Origin: Eledone cirrhosa
Taxonomy: Eukaryota
NCBI GenBank assembly: GCA_964016885.1
Contig: OZ024741.1
Location: 184,078,001-184,142,000, forward strand
Length of the DNA: 64,000 nt
Reading direction: 5' to 3'
The notes below the pieces were generated by a model. That model was not told where the DNA came from and made no database searches. It saw nothing but the letters and a program-made list of their open reading frames with translations. A program made the translations under genes and the position numbers. Below are positions 1 to 11,002 of this stretch, in pieces (position 1 is the stretch's first letter; every line of letters starts with the position of its first letter).

Positions 1-2483
1 CACAAGAAGCGAAAGAGCAAACGCTCCAGCGCAGTCAGGTGGGGCTTAGGACAAGGTACGACGGTCAGGCGGTAGTAGATGACGGATGCGATGTACGCAT
101 TCGCCACCTCCGCTCGACCTTTCAGGGATAGCTTCCTCTCGGCCCATTTCTGGGTGAGAGAAGCCATCCTGCTCGTCACCTCGTCCCAGTTTTTGTCCGT
201 CTGGAGGTCTGGACCGAACCAGACCCCTAGCAATTTAACCGGTCCGTCCGTCCAGCGCCCGACGACGCTGTTGGACGGCATGGACCTGCCTCTCCAGGTG
301 CCGAGCTGCAGGCCCACTGACTTTTCCTGGTTGATCATTGCTCCTGTCACCGCTTCGTATTCTCTTAGTGTAGTGCCGATCGCCTCGATGTGTTTGGCGT
401 TCGACAACACTACGGTGACATCGTCGGCATATGCTGACACGGATCTTCCGCATCCTAGTTCGCGCGGGACCCCCCTCAACGTCTCCAGTTTGTGCAGTAA
501 TGGCTCGAGAGTCAATACGTACAATAGGGACGAGAGGGGACATCCTTGGCGGACCGAGCGCATGATGTTGAACGGTTCCGAAAGGTGACCGTTCACTCTC
601 ACTACAGAGCAGATGTCGCTGTGCATGGCAGCGATCCAGCCTCTGAAGACGGGCCCAAAGCCAGCCGCCCTCAGGACTGCCGTTAGGTAACGATGGTCGA
701 CCCTATCGAAGGCTTTCGACTGATCTAAATTGATCAAAGACCCACCCGTGCCAGGTTCCCTAGCTACCCTCTCTACGATGTATCGCATGAGGTGGAGGTT
801 GTCGTGGATGGATCTGTCGGGAATGGCGCATGTCTGCGCCTCTCCCACCAGACCATCAACGACAAGCGCCAACCTCTTTGCTAGCACCTTGGCCAAAATC
901 TTGAACTCTGTGTTTAGCAGAGTTATGGGCCTAAAATTATCTATGTTATCCCCCTTGTTCGGATCCTTTCTCAGCAGCGCCACCGCTCCTCGGCTCACAG
1001 AGCTGGGAATTCTCCCGTTCTGTTTCCAGTTGCAGTAGACGTCCGCCAAGAGGCCTCCGAACAAGTTTGGCATTTGTACGTAAAGTTCATAGGGCAGACC
1101 ATCCAAACCAGGCGATTTACCCCTTGTGCAACTAGTCATTGCATCCCGTACTTCAGCGGTTGTTATCGGCTTTTAGCAACACTCCGCCTCAGTGACCGAA
1201 AGCCGCGGCAGTCCGTCGAGGTAGACACTAAAGTCCATCCCTCGATCCGGCCCGCCACTGCCCCCGAACAGTTGAGCGAAGTGTCGCTGAAAAGCTTCAC
1301 ACATTTGCCCGGGATCGAGTAGCATGCGCCCGTCGTGGTCCACCAAAGACCGGATCGTGGCTTTGTTTCCACGACGCGCCTCCGCCACTCGGGCCCATTG
1401 AACGGCTTTCGTCCCCTCGTGTCTGAGAGCACGCACCCTAGCTCTGACAACGCAGCCTTCGTGCTTTGCATTGAAGAATTGGTCAAGGGCCAATTTCGCC
1501 GCAAGTACGTCGGTCGCGATGCCTTTGCTAAGCGCCTCATCTAATTTTCTAACTAATTCTCCCTCTGCTCTATTTTTCTCTATTGCTAAAGTCTTACTAA
1601 ACCTAATGGACTCTATTCTAATTGCTCTTTTCAGAGCAAACCACCACTTGTTGTTGACGATGGCCCCCGTCAACGCCCGCTTAACTAGTTCGCTAATCCG
1701 GTCTCTGTTGACCTTGCGCGCTGGTAAGGACGCGTTTAGCTTCCAGTAGCCGGGTCCTCGTCTATGAAGCCTATCTAAGTCAAGCACACAGATCACGAAT
1801 TTGTGGTCCGTGTAGCTGACTATCTTGAATTGTGGACAGCCTATGCTAGACCTATCTATTTCCCTACAAAATACTCTATCTAGATATGATCTGGATGACC
1901 CTATGCGATTTGTCCAAGTCCACATTGGTACATTCGGGAAATCCATTCGGTACCTGTCAGACAGTTCAAAACGTCTGAGCAGGTTGGTGAGACTCTTGCA
2001 CCCTCCTTCCCTATCCACTAATCCCACACAATCCCAGCGTGCATCTAAGATCCCGTTCCAGTCGCCCACTAACACTAAAGAGCGGGACGTTCCAAGAAAG
2101 GTCTCCAGACGCCGGAAGAAATCAGGCCGCCCTGCTCCTGTCGGGGCATAGACGGCCACTAACCTGAAAGCTTGCCCGTCTCCGCTGGTCACGTCCAGCA
2201 CCACCAACTTACCTTCTGGGTCCAGGAAGATGGCCCGTATGGCAAGATCCAAACCTCTCCGAAAAAGCACAGCAACTCCTCCCCCCGATCCCGGACGGCT
2301 GGGAGATGCGTACACATCGTAGCCGCCGAAGATCGGTGCGAAAGCCTGTGCTTCGGAGATTCTGGTCTCGCTGATGGCCACTACATCTATGTTTAGTGAC
2401 CTGAGGTCGTTGAGCAGGTGGCCCTGCTTCCATGACGACCCCAAGCCACGCGCATTTATGCTGCCTATTCTGAGTGAGGTCAT
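1..2483 (-). pseudogene. Tx1 ORF2 (APE endonuclease + reverse transcriptase) with an in-frame TAA at 1173-1175
   Basis: ORF 1173..2483 (MTSLRIGSINARG...GPGYWKLNAS) continues in the same frame after the stop with KSPGLDGLPYE, FRPITLLN, DQSKAFDRV and YADD. Confidence 0.9.
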
Positions 2484-2517
2484 GTTGAAAAGGAGTGGAA
2501 AAGATGGGAAAGACCAC

Positions 2518-4500
2518 TTACCTTACTTCTCGTAGGGGAAGGACGGTTTTTCCATCCTTTTCACTGCTTGTGGCCTCCTCAGGAAGGATGTCCTTATAAA
2601 TCCTCCTGGAGAGTGCTTGTCGGAAGTCTCCGATGTCTTTTGGGAATTTTTGTTTTAGTGTCATGTACGTTTTCTGTGTGATGCGAGTGATTTGTATGTG
2701 TGGAGGTGGTGTGAATTTTGGGGTTGTTGTGTAGTCTTTTTCTGTGATGCTGGTGTTGTGTTGGATGTAGTGTAATAATTGCTTGTTGTTCAAATTTAAT
2801 GCTGTGTAGTGTGTATCGTTTTGGTTGTTTTGTTTTGTTTGCGTTTGTTGTGGGTTTGTTTCTGTTTCGCATTTTGGTGACTTTTGTGGTGTAGGTGATG
2901 GTGGTGTTGGAGTTAATGATGGTGATGGTGTTGGTGTTTGGGTTGATGGGGTTGGTGATGCTGGTGTGGATGGTGGCATATCTGTCCTAACTTTTTTGTT
3001 TCTTAGTTTATTTGTTTCCCTCTGTGTTTTGTTTTGGAGGGAGAAGGAAGAGAATTTTTTCTTTTTTGGCTTCTTTTTTTTTTCCGGATATCGTTTCCCA
3101 CTCCTCGTCGTCACAATCTGTCTCCAGTTGTGATAGGCCGGGGAGTGGAAAATCCTCCACAGCCGTTAGTTTTGGTTGTGGTGTGGTGGATGGTGTAGGC
3201 GCTGGTGCTAGTTCTGAAGCGTTGGGTGGTGGTGGTGTTGGTTTTGCTGGTGGTGGTAGTGGTGTTGGTTTTGCTACTGTTGCTGGGGTTGTTGCTGTTA
3301 TAGTTGCTTCTGTTGTTGCTGCTACAGTTGTTGCTGCCATCTCTGCTACTGGTGGTGTTGATGGTTGTGTCACTGGGGTGGGTAGGAGAGGTGGCCTCAA
3401 CCTTTTAGCCTGAGGGCAGAAAGCCCTTAGGTGGGTTCCTTCTCCACAAACGACACACCTAGGTCTTCTGCCCTCGACAATTACCGTGAGGTGGCTGCCG
3501 TCAGTGAGGTCTATTACCTCTGGGATCTCCTCAATGCTTTTTTGGTCCGCTTGGATCAGGAGCTCCATCCCAGATCCGGACCAGTTTTCCTGCTTTTCTT
3601 TTGCTACTGCTATTATTTTCGTGTTGGCTTCGATGCCGGCGAGGACAGCCGCTATTAGCCAGGGAATTTCGATGGCCGGTGGAACGTGGGTCACCCTGAT
3701 CTTTACGAGTCTCTGGCCACAATAGCTTGGGACGAGTGTGAGGTCGTCACTTTTTAATGGGGCCATGGAGTGTTCTCTAGCCTCCTCTGGTGTTTCAAAG
3801 AACACATCCACGGTTCCATACTTTTGCCCACGTCTGATGTGGGTTTTTCTTGCCCACACATGTCCCAAAGCTTTTTGGATTTGGGACTCGGATGCCCGTT
3901 CCACTCGGCGCGATTTTACATTTATTGTTCTATACGACACGGTGCACAGGCGCCGATGCTCCATTTTATTAGGTGGGGGGGGGTGAGGCTGACCCTGTAC
4001 CCATCTTTCTTTACCATTTGTTTGGCATTTTCTAAATCTTCTTGAGTTACCGTGAACGCTTCGAATTGTTTTGCTACGATGGCGAAACTGAGGGTCGGTT
4101 TTATAATGTCATTGTTGTTGTTGTTGCTATCGTTAATATTAATTTTATTTTCAGTTGTGGTGGTGGTGACGTCAGTCGTCTTTGGTGGGGAAGAGTCCAT
4201 TTTGCTTGATTTCATTTCGACGTCACGAGTTAATTTATTTTTTTCTTCTTTTGTTTCTGTTGTCGCGGTGGTGGTGGTGGTGGTGGTTGTCGCGGTGGTG
4301 GTGGTGGAGGGTTTAACACCTGCAGTCATTGGTAATGGCGGGAAATGAATGTCTGCCTGAGACAAATTTAAAATATTGCTACTGCTTATATTTTTTTTTG
4401 TGTTGGCAAACGTAGTAACATTTACAATGGTGGTGTCGGTGTGAGGTGTTATTTTGTGAGGAAGGCTTTCAGCTGCTTCGTGCAGAGGGGAATTAGCCAT
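2518..4500 (-). pseudogene. Tx1 ORF1 (gag-like, CX2CX4HX4C knuckle, Pro/Thr linker), frameshifted at homopolymer runs
   Basis: ORFs 3922..4500, 3008..3964 (CVVCGEGTHLRAFC) and 2518..3114 overlap in sequence order, with breaks at a G run (~3975) and T runs (~3055-3082). Confidence 0.85.
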
Positions 4501-4709
4501 TTTTTTTCAAAGAAATTTTTGGATAATAATAAAAGTTAAAATTTTGGGCACAAGGCCCCAATCTTTTTGGGTGTCCTTTTCGGAAAACAATGTATGTGTG
4601 CTTATAAACAGTTTACAATAAAATTTTCCATAAATGGCAATTTTTAAACAAACGGAAATAACAAACCTCTGCGGAGCTCACGATAATACGATTTCCTACG
4701 TAGGTCGCC

Positions 4710-4710
<1 letters not shown>

Positions 4711-4751
<41 letters not shown>

Positions 4752-4796
4752 AAAAAAAAAAGAAATATATATATATACATATACATACACATATAT

Positions 4797-4827
<31 letters not shown>

Positions 4828-4972
4828 TACATTAATAACAATAATAATAATAATAATAATAATAACAACAATAATAATAACGACAACAACAATAATAATA
4901 TACATATACATATATATATAGACACACACGCACACACATAAGCGTATCTACACACACACACACACACGCACA
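4711..4972. repeat. Compound microsatellite (AAT)n/(TA)n/(CA)n
   Basis: Seen directly in the sequence. Confidence 0.95.
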
Positions 4973-4981
4973 CGATAGCAA

Positions 4982-6315
4982 CTAACAGCGCTGCGATCGA
5001 ATGTGGCTTTTTAGCCTAGCCAATGATCTAAAATGTCTTGCACAGAATCGGCAACCAAAACATTCACTGGGAATAGTCGGCTGTGGTTGGAGTTCGTGTA
5101 CTTTTGCATGTCGCTTGAGCCCTCCTGCTGATTTACATTCTCTACCACATGTTTGGCAAGCATGATGAGTAGCATCTCCAACAGCAGCCTGGTAGTCAAC
5201 CACTGGTCTTACTTTATGACTGCGAAGATGACTTTCGAGTCCAGCTTTGCTTAGGCAGAGTCTCGCACATACGCTGCATGTCAGCACCATAGGAGGACCC
5301 TCGCCGTCTGGAAGTGCAACAGCAATGCCCTTCCTCACATCCCGCTTTACTTTCTCGTATGCGATTCAAGATGCCTCAAAGGCAACTTTTCCCTCATATA
5401 CAGTCTTTCTCCATTTATTACGATCAGCAGCAATATTCTCCCATGTATCAGCAGAGATGTTAGCGTCTTTCAGAGAGGCTTTCAAGGAATCCTTATACCT
5501 CTTTTTTGGTTTATGTGGCAGTCGTTTTCCTTTAACCAACTCTCCATAAAAGAGTTGTTTTGGTATTCTAGAATCCTTCATCCTGGCAAGGTGACCACTC
5601 CAACGGAGTCGTTGCTTAAGCACAAGACCTTCTATACTGTGACACATAGAGCTTTCCAAAATCTCGACATCACTGATGTGGTCCCTCCAGTGAACGCCAT
5701 GGATCCGTCTGAGACACATCTGATGGAAACGCTCCAATTGCTTAAGGTGGTGTCGATATGTGACCCAGGTCTCGCAGGCATAAAGAAGACAAGAGAGCAC
5801 ACATGCCCTGTACACCTTTACCTTTGTCCTCCTGCATATGTCTCGCCGACCCCAGAGTCGTCTTTCTAGCTTTCCGAAAGCATCACTTGCTTTCCTAATC
5901 CTAAGTGAGATTTCACTGTCAAGGTTGCTGTATCGATTGACAGTGCTTCCCAGGTAGACAAACTGATCAACCACTCCAAGTCATTTGCCATACACATAGA
6001 TGTTTGGTTCAGTGTACTGCTTACCAGGGGCAGGTTGGTACATGACGACGGTTTTCTTGAGACTGACAGTCAGACCTAGGGCAGTGCAAGCGTCAGAAAA
6101 TGCATTCAAAATGTGCTGCATATCACTCTCTGTGTGCGCTACAAGATCGCAATCATCTGCATACAAGAGGTCTCTTATGATTGATGTAAACACTTTTGCC
6201 TTCGCAGCAAAGCGCCTGATGTTAAATATGCTGCCTGAGGTTCGATATCGGATGTAAACACCATGCTCGCAATTCCTGAATGCAATACAGAAAACCATTG
6301 CAAAGTATATGGCAA
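4982..6315 (-). mobile_element. RTE-clade LINE, 5'-truncated: RT C-terminal half plus three C2H2 zinc fingers
   Basis: LLYADDCDL, FVYLGS, TKVKVYRACVLSCLLYACETW, RLRWSGHLARM...PKQLFYGEL; fingers CSVC..H..H, CQTC..H..H and CRFC..H. Confidence 0.9.
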
Positions 6316-6361
6316 ACATACATACATACATACATACATACATACATACATACATAATACA

Positions 6362-6395
<34 letters not shown>

Positions 6396-6408
6396 CATAC
6401 ATACATAC
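6316..6408. repeat. (CATA)n tract; it reads as the (TATG)n tail of the RTE at 6409-9948
   Basis: Seen directly. It sits between the two RTE copies. Confidence 0.9.
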
Positions 6409-9400
6409 ATGGTGGCTGCAAACTCTGCTAAGAGTGTTGCAATCGCTTGTCAGATTCAGATGTATGGCGCTCAGTTATGGCTTTTCCAGCCTGCTAGAGA
6501 CTTAAATCTCCCTGGCCTGAGGTCTTGCATCAGGTTTCATGTGAACCCTCACAATACCGTGGAGATCATAATTCACTGGTTCTCTTTTAACATGGCTGCA
6601 ACTGTGGCTCCTGAGAACAGATTTGCTCAAGCAAATTGTTCCGCACTCAGGGCACTTCAATTTAATGGAGACACCGATCGTTTCAAGCGATACACCAGAG
6701 CATTGCTTATGCACATCCCGTTTGAGCTTCTCGTGCTCTATGCGCCTGTCCTCAAAATTATGGACCACATCATACACCATTCCACACCAAGTTTCTCTTT
6801 CAAGAGCTTCTCTCTCCCAGTCAGCCATCATCAAACCAGTTTTCTTCAGTACACATGCAGCATACACTCTCACCTTGGTCTTCATTGTGATTCCTCACCT
6901 GCACCAAAGACGGTCGCTGAGCCTTCCAAATGATTCATTTGCCTTACTAACACGTAGACCAACTTCTGCATCCAGAGAGCAGGTCACGCTCAGAGTACTC
7001 CCCAAATACACAAATGTGTCAGCAGCCTTCAGCTTTAGACCGTATACATATATGGAGGGATCATTGAAAACTTTATCCGGAGCAGGTTGGTACATGACGA
7101 CAGTCTTCTTCAGAGTGATTGCCAGTCCAAAAGCACTGCACGCATTGGAAAAAGAATCCATAAGGTGTTGCATGTCACTCTGGGAGTGTGTAAAGAGATC
7201 ACAATCATCTGCATACAGGAATTCATTGATCAAGGTACTCAGTACCTTAGCAGTAAGACGGCTGAGGTTAAACAGCTTGCCGGAAGTGCGATATCTGAGA
7301 TAGATACTTGACAATCCTTGAAGGTCATGAAGAACAGCATTGCGAAATACAAGGCAAACAAAGTTGGTGCAGGTATATCAACTTGCTTGATAGCATTTTC
7401 AACCGAGATTGGCTCAGACAGTTTACCTCCAATATTACCCATGCCTGCATCTCATCGTGGAAGAGTTTCAGTATGTTCACAAACTTTTCAGCACAGCCCA
7501 ATCCCTCCAAAATAACCCACAAAGCCTTCCGATTAACGGTGTCAAATGCCTTGGTCAGATCGGCAAAAACTTGGTATAAGTCCTTGTGCTGCTCAATGCA
7601 TTTCTCTTGAAGTTGTTTGGCCGAGAGGATCATGTGAACAGTGCCTCTGCCATTCCTAAATTCACATTGGGACTCAGGAAGTACCTCAACAGCAATGTGC
7701 TGTATCAATATGTCCAACAAAATCCTGCACAAGATCTTTCCAGCCACAGATAGCAGTGAAATACCTCTGTAGTTGCCACAATCATCTTCGGCTCCCTTTC
7801 CTTGTACCACCATCAATGCATCCTTCCAGTCCTGTGGTACATCTTCTTCATTCCAAATATACACAAAGAGATCAGTGAGGCGGTTTAAGAAGTTATCACC
7901 AGCACACTTGAATATCTCGGCACTCAGTCCATCCATTCCAGGTGACTCACCGCTGTTTAATTTCGCAATGGCCTTCGCCACCTCATCAAATGAAGGAAGA
8001 TCAGCGATTGCCAGCTTTGTAGGTCTGGATGGAATCGATCGGATGAACTCATCATCGATTTCTGATGGTCTGTTGAGGAGTTCATCAAAGTTATGTTACC
8101 TGATCAGGATTTCATTCGGATCTCTGAGCAATTCCTTGCCGTCCCTGGAGTGAAGTGGTGATATTTGTGAACCGGTTAGACCATACACCTCCCTGGGCAG
8201 ATTGTATAAGAGCTTTCTATCATGTCTATCTGAGACTTTCTGGATTTCATCAGCCTTTTGGCTCCACCAGGTATTCAGCATGGCTCTCAATCGATGTTGC
8301 ACACGTGCCTTGATCTGCTTGAAGATCCGGTCACTCCTGTCAGAACGTGTCTCACACAACAATGGTGTCAATACTTTTTGTTTCTCTTCACGCAAGATCT
8401 GGATTACTGCATCATTTTCATCGAACCAGTCTTTATGCTTTCTACTGGTATGACCTAAAACTCCAACACTAACACCATAGACGGTTTTCTTCAATGATTA
8501 CCACGTGTTTTCACATTCCATGGACTCAAGAGACTTCGACAGCTCTGCTATGACTTTTTTGTCTTCAGACGAGCCACGTTCAGTTGTTTTGGAAGTGCAA
8601 CATTCCCCCTCCCCCTTACTTTGGGCTTCACAACAAATTGAAATTTGGCGCGCACTAGACGATGTTCAGTCCAACATTTCGCACCTCACAATACACGAAC
8701 CAGTGTGTATCCCTAATATCACGTTTTCTCGTTAAAGCAAAGTCAATAAGGTACGACTTCTTGGAACCTGGATGCATCCAAGTTGTCTTATATTTGTCTT
8801 TCTGCTGAAAGAGCTTGTTCCCAACAACAAGATCCAACTCAGCGCACATCTGCAACAGAAGTAGGCCATTGTTATTGCACTTACCTACCCCATGCCTGCC
8901 CATCACACTCCAAGCTTCCCAGTCATTACCAACATGTGCATTAAAATCACCTAGGATGACAATCTTGTCTGCATAAGGTATACTATGGATGACCTCTTTC
9001 AAAGACATGTAAAAATCTAGTTTTTCTTCATCACTGGTACACATAGTAGGAGCGTACACACTGACCAGAGTCACAAAGCGGTTTTGAATAAGAGGGACTC
9101 TCATGGATATTATTCGATCATTGAATCCACAAGGAAGATTTTCCAGCTTTGAGACGTTTCCATTTCTGACAGCAAATGCGACACCTGCCTCTCTCTTACA
9201 ACATTCTACCAACCCAATAGAAGGTTTCTGAAAGAGCAACGATGTCCATGTTATAGCGATTGAGTTCCCTCGACATCAAAGCAGATCTTTCTTCGGGGCG
9301 AGTTTCACTGGATTGGGAATAAAGTAAAGTTCTTACATTTCAGCATCCAATATTCAGTGGCTGAACCTCTTTGCAGTTGCAGGATGACGACCGGGCCCAC

Positions 9401-9948
9401 GCTGCGGTACCGTGGGACACCTGTCGGGGCAGAACCCTTCACAATAAGTTCCAGAGCCCTTATTGTCATTGACTTCAATGTCATCATTTGTCATCATAGA
9501 GTTTGGTGCACTTTTAGGCTACGGCCAGCCACACGAATCTATAACAGATCCTGAACAAGCAATGCCTGTGCTTTGAAGGTTTTTCAAGTGGGGAAAGGCC
9601 TTGCACACGACCAATCCCACTCTCTGAGCATCGAAATCACTACCCGAAAAGGAGAACTGGTCAACATCATCGGATACTTCTAAAGCCGCAGGTTTCTTTT
9701 TCTGAGTTTTCCTCTCCTAGAAAGGTGTTGTGACAACAACTGGGGGCGCTTCACTCCCAGGTGGAAAAAAGTACTATTTGGATGGCCTTCGCCCTTTGCC
9801 GGGTCTTGTATTTCATTCCGCAGTGTCCAAATATCAACCTCCTCACCAAGCTAGCTTGGTGGGGTTGCCGGTTTAGTCGTCGACGACCCAACCAGGAGAC
9901 AGATTGTACAGGGTTACATGTTACCAGTAGCACTTGAGAGCGACCTGA
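6409..9948 (-). mobile_element. RTE-clade LINE, near full length, decayed (5'UTR, APE endonuclease, RT, zinc finger, 3' end ...GCAGCCACCAT)
   Basis: ORF fragments 8655..9239 (VYAPT, LGDFNAHVG, TTWMHP, IDF), 7325..7981 (NYRGISLLS, DLTKAFDTV), 6895..7314 (LYADDC) and 6502..6885 (CPEC). Flanked by (TATG)n on both sides. Confidence 0.9.
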
Positions 9949-10810
9949 CATACATACATACATATATATATGTTTGTGTGTGTGTGTGTGTGTGTGCATA
10001 TATATATATATATATATACATATATACAAGGGTATTAATGAAAAAATTGACTTCTTTCAATAAAAAAAATGACACATTTATTCCCTTACATATGTTTTGA
10101 ATGGAATATGACCTTTAATCATTCGAGATGTTGGTAAACATTTTTTCTTGTAGTAATGTCCATCTATAAATTTAGATATATGAGAATAAAGTCATATTCA
10201 TTCTCCCCGGAAAGATAAATGCGATAAATAGTCTGTGGTGAATTTTCTCAGTGAAATATCGAGATTACCTTTAGCTGAGATGTTGTATATAAATCATGTA
10301 TATTAAGCACAGAATTTGTTTCGCCAGAACATTTTTCTTTCCGGGTTTTGTAATTTTCCTGTTCTGCGTATTTTGATATCTTACTTGCTTTAGAAAAAAA
10401 GAAGAAAAATCGTCAAACGTCACTTCTAGTAAAGGGAGACAATTCATGGAAACTAACCTCAGAATTTTGATCCTGGGATTAAGTAAATTGGTTTTGAATA
10501 CATTCATATTTCTCACTAGAAATACCATTTAAATAAGGGGGATACCATAGGATACACCCTGAAATGTACACATAATTATGTTGGCATGTTATTGCCCCCT
10601 AAATGCATTCACAAACGTATCCGCCTAAGTATATTCACACACCCATATATATATGCATATTTTATTAGACTACCCCAATCGATGTATATACACATAGGTG
10701 CGTACAAATTCAACAAATACCCATGTATATACGTCTCCTTATATGTGTGCATAAACATGTGAACTCAGATTCATTGTCACCTATATATATATATTAATAA
10801 TAACAATAAT

Positions 10811-10990
10811 AATTGTTTCTACTTTAGGCACAAGGCCAGCAAGTACCCAGTGCATTACTGATACTTTTATTTTATCGACCCCGTAAGGATGAAAGGCAAA
10901 GTCAACCTCGGCGGGATTTGAACTCAGATCGTAAAGGGACGTAACTATGCTGGAAAGCATGGCGTCCGACCCTCCACCGATACTGCCAAT
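10811..10990 (-). mobile_element. tRNA-derived SINE (octopus type)
   Basis: A-box-like TGGCAGTATCGG, B-box-like GAGTTCAAATCCC, core GCCTTTCATCCTTACGGGGTCGATAAA and 3' end GGCCTTGTGCC..AAGTAGAAAC(ATT)n. About nine copies occur in the window. Confidence 0.85.
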
Positions 10991-11002
10991 AACAATAATA
11001 AT

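Larger units (their letters stand above)
1..4710 (-). mobile_element. L1/Tx1-clade non-LTR retrotransposon, family A, copy A1 (5'-complete; 3' part runs off the window)
   Basis: 5'UTR abuts (AAT)n at 4711. ORF1 carries a zinc knuckle. ORF2 carries an APE endonuclease (SINARG, GDWNG, SYLD, TDH) and an RT (QGCPLS, AYADDV near 418-435). Confidence 0.93.

Noticed and set aside
79-2396. Plus-strand ORFs that recur with similar sequence opposite each Tx1 ORF2
   Set aside because: They are antisense shadows of GC-rich ORF2 and recur only because the elements are homologous.
10900-10990. tRNA genes at SINE heads
   Set aside because: Only A/B-box remnants are present, fused to the SINE core, with no full cloverleaf.
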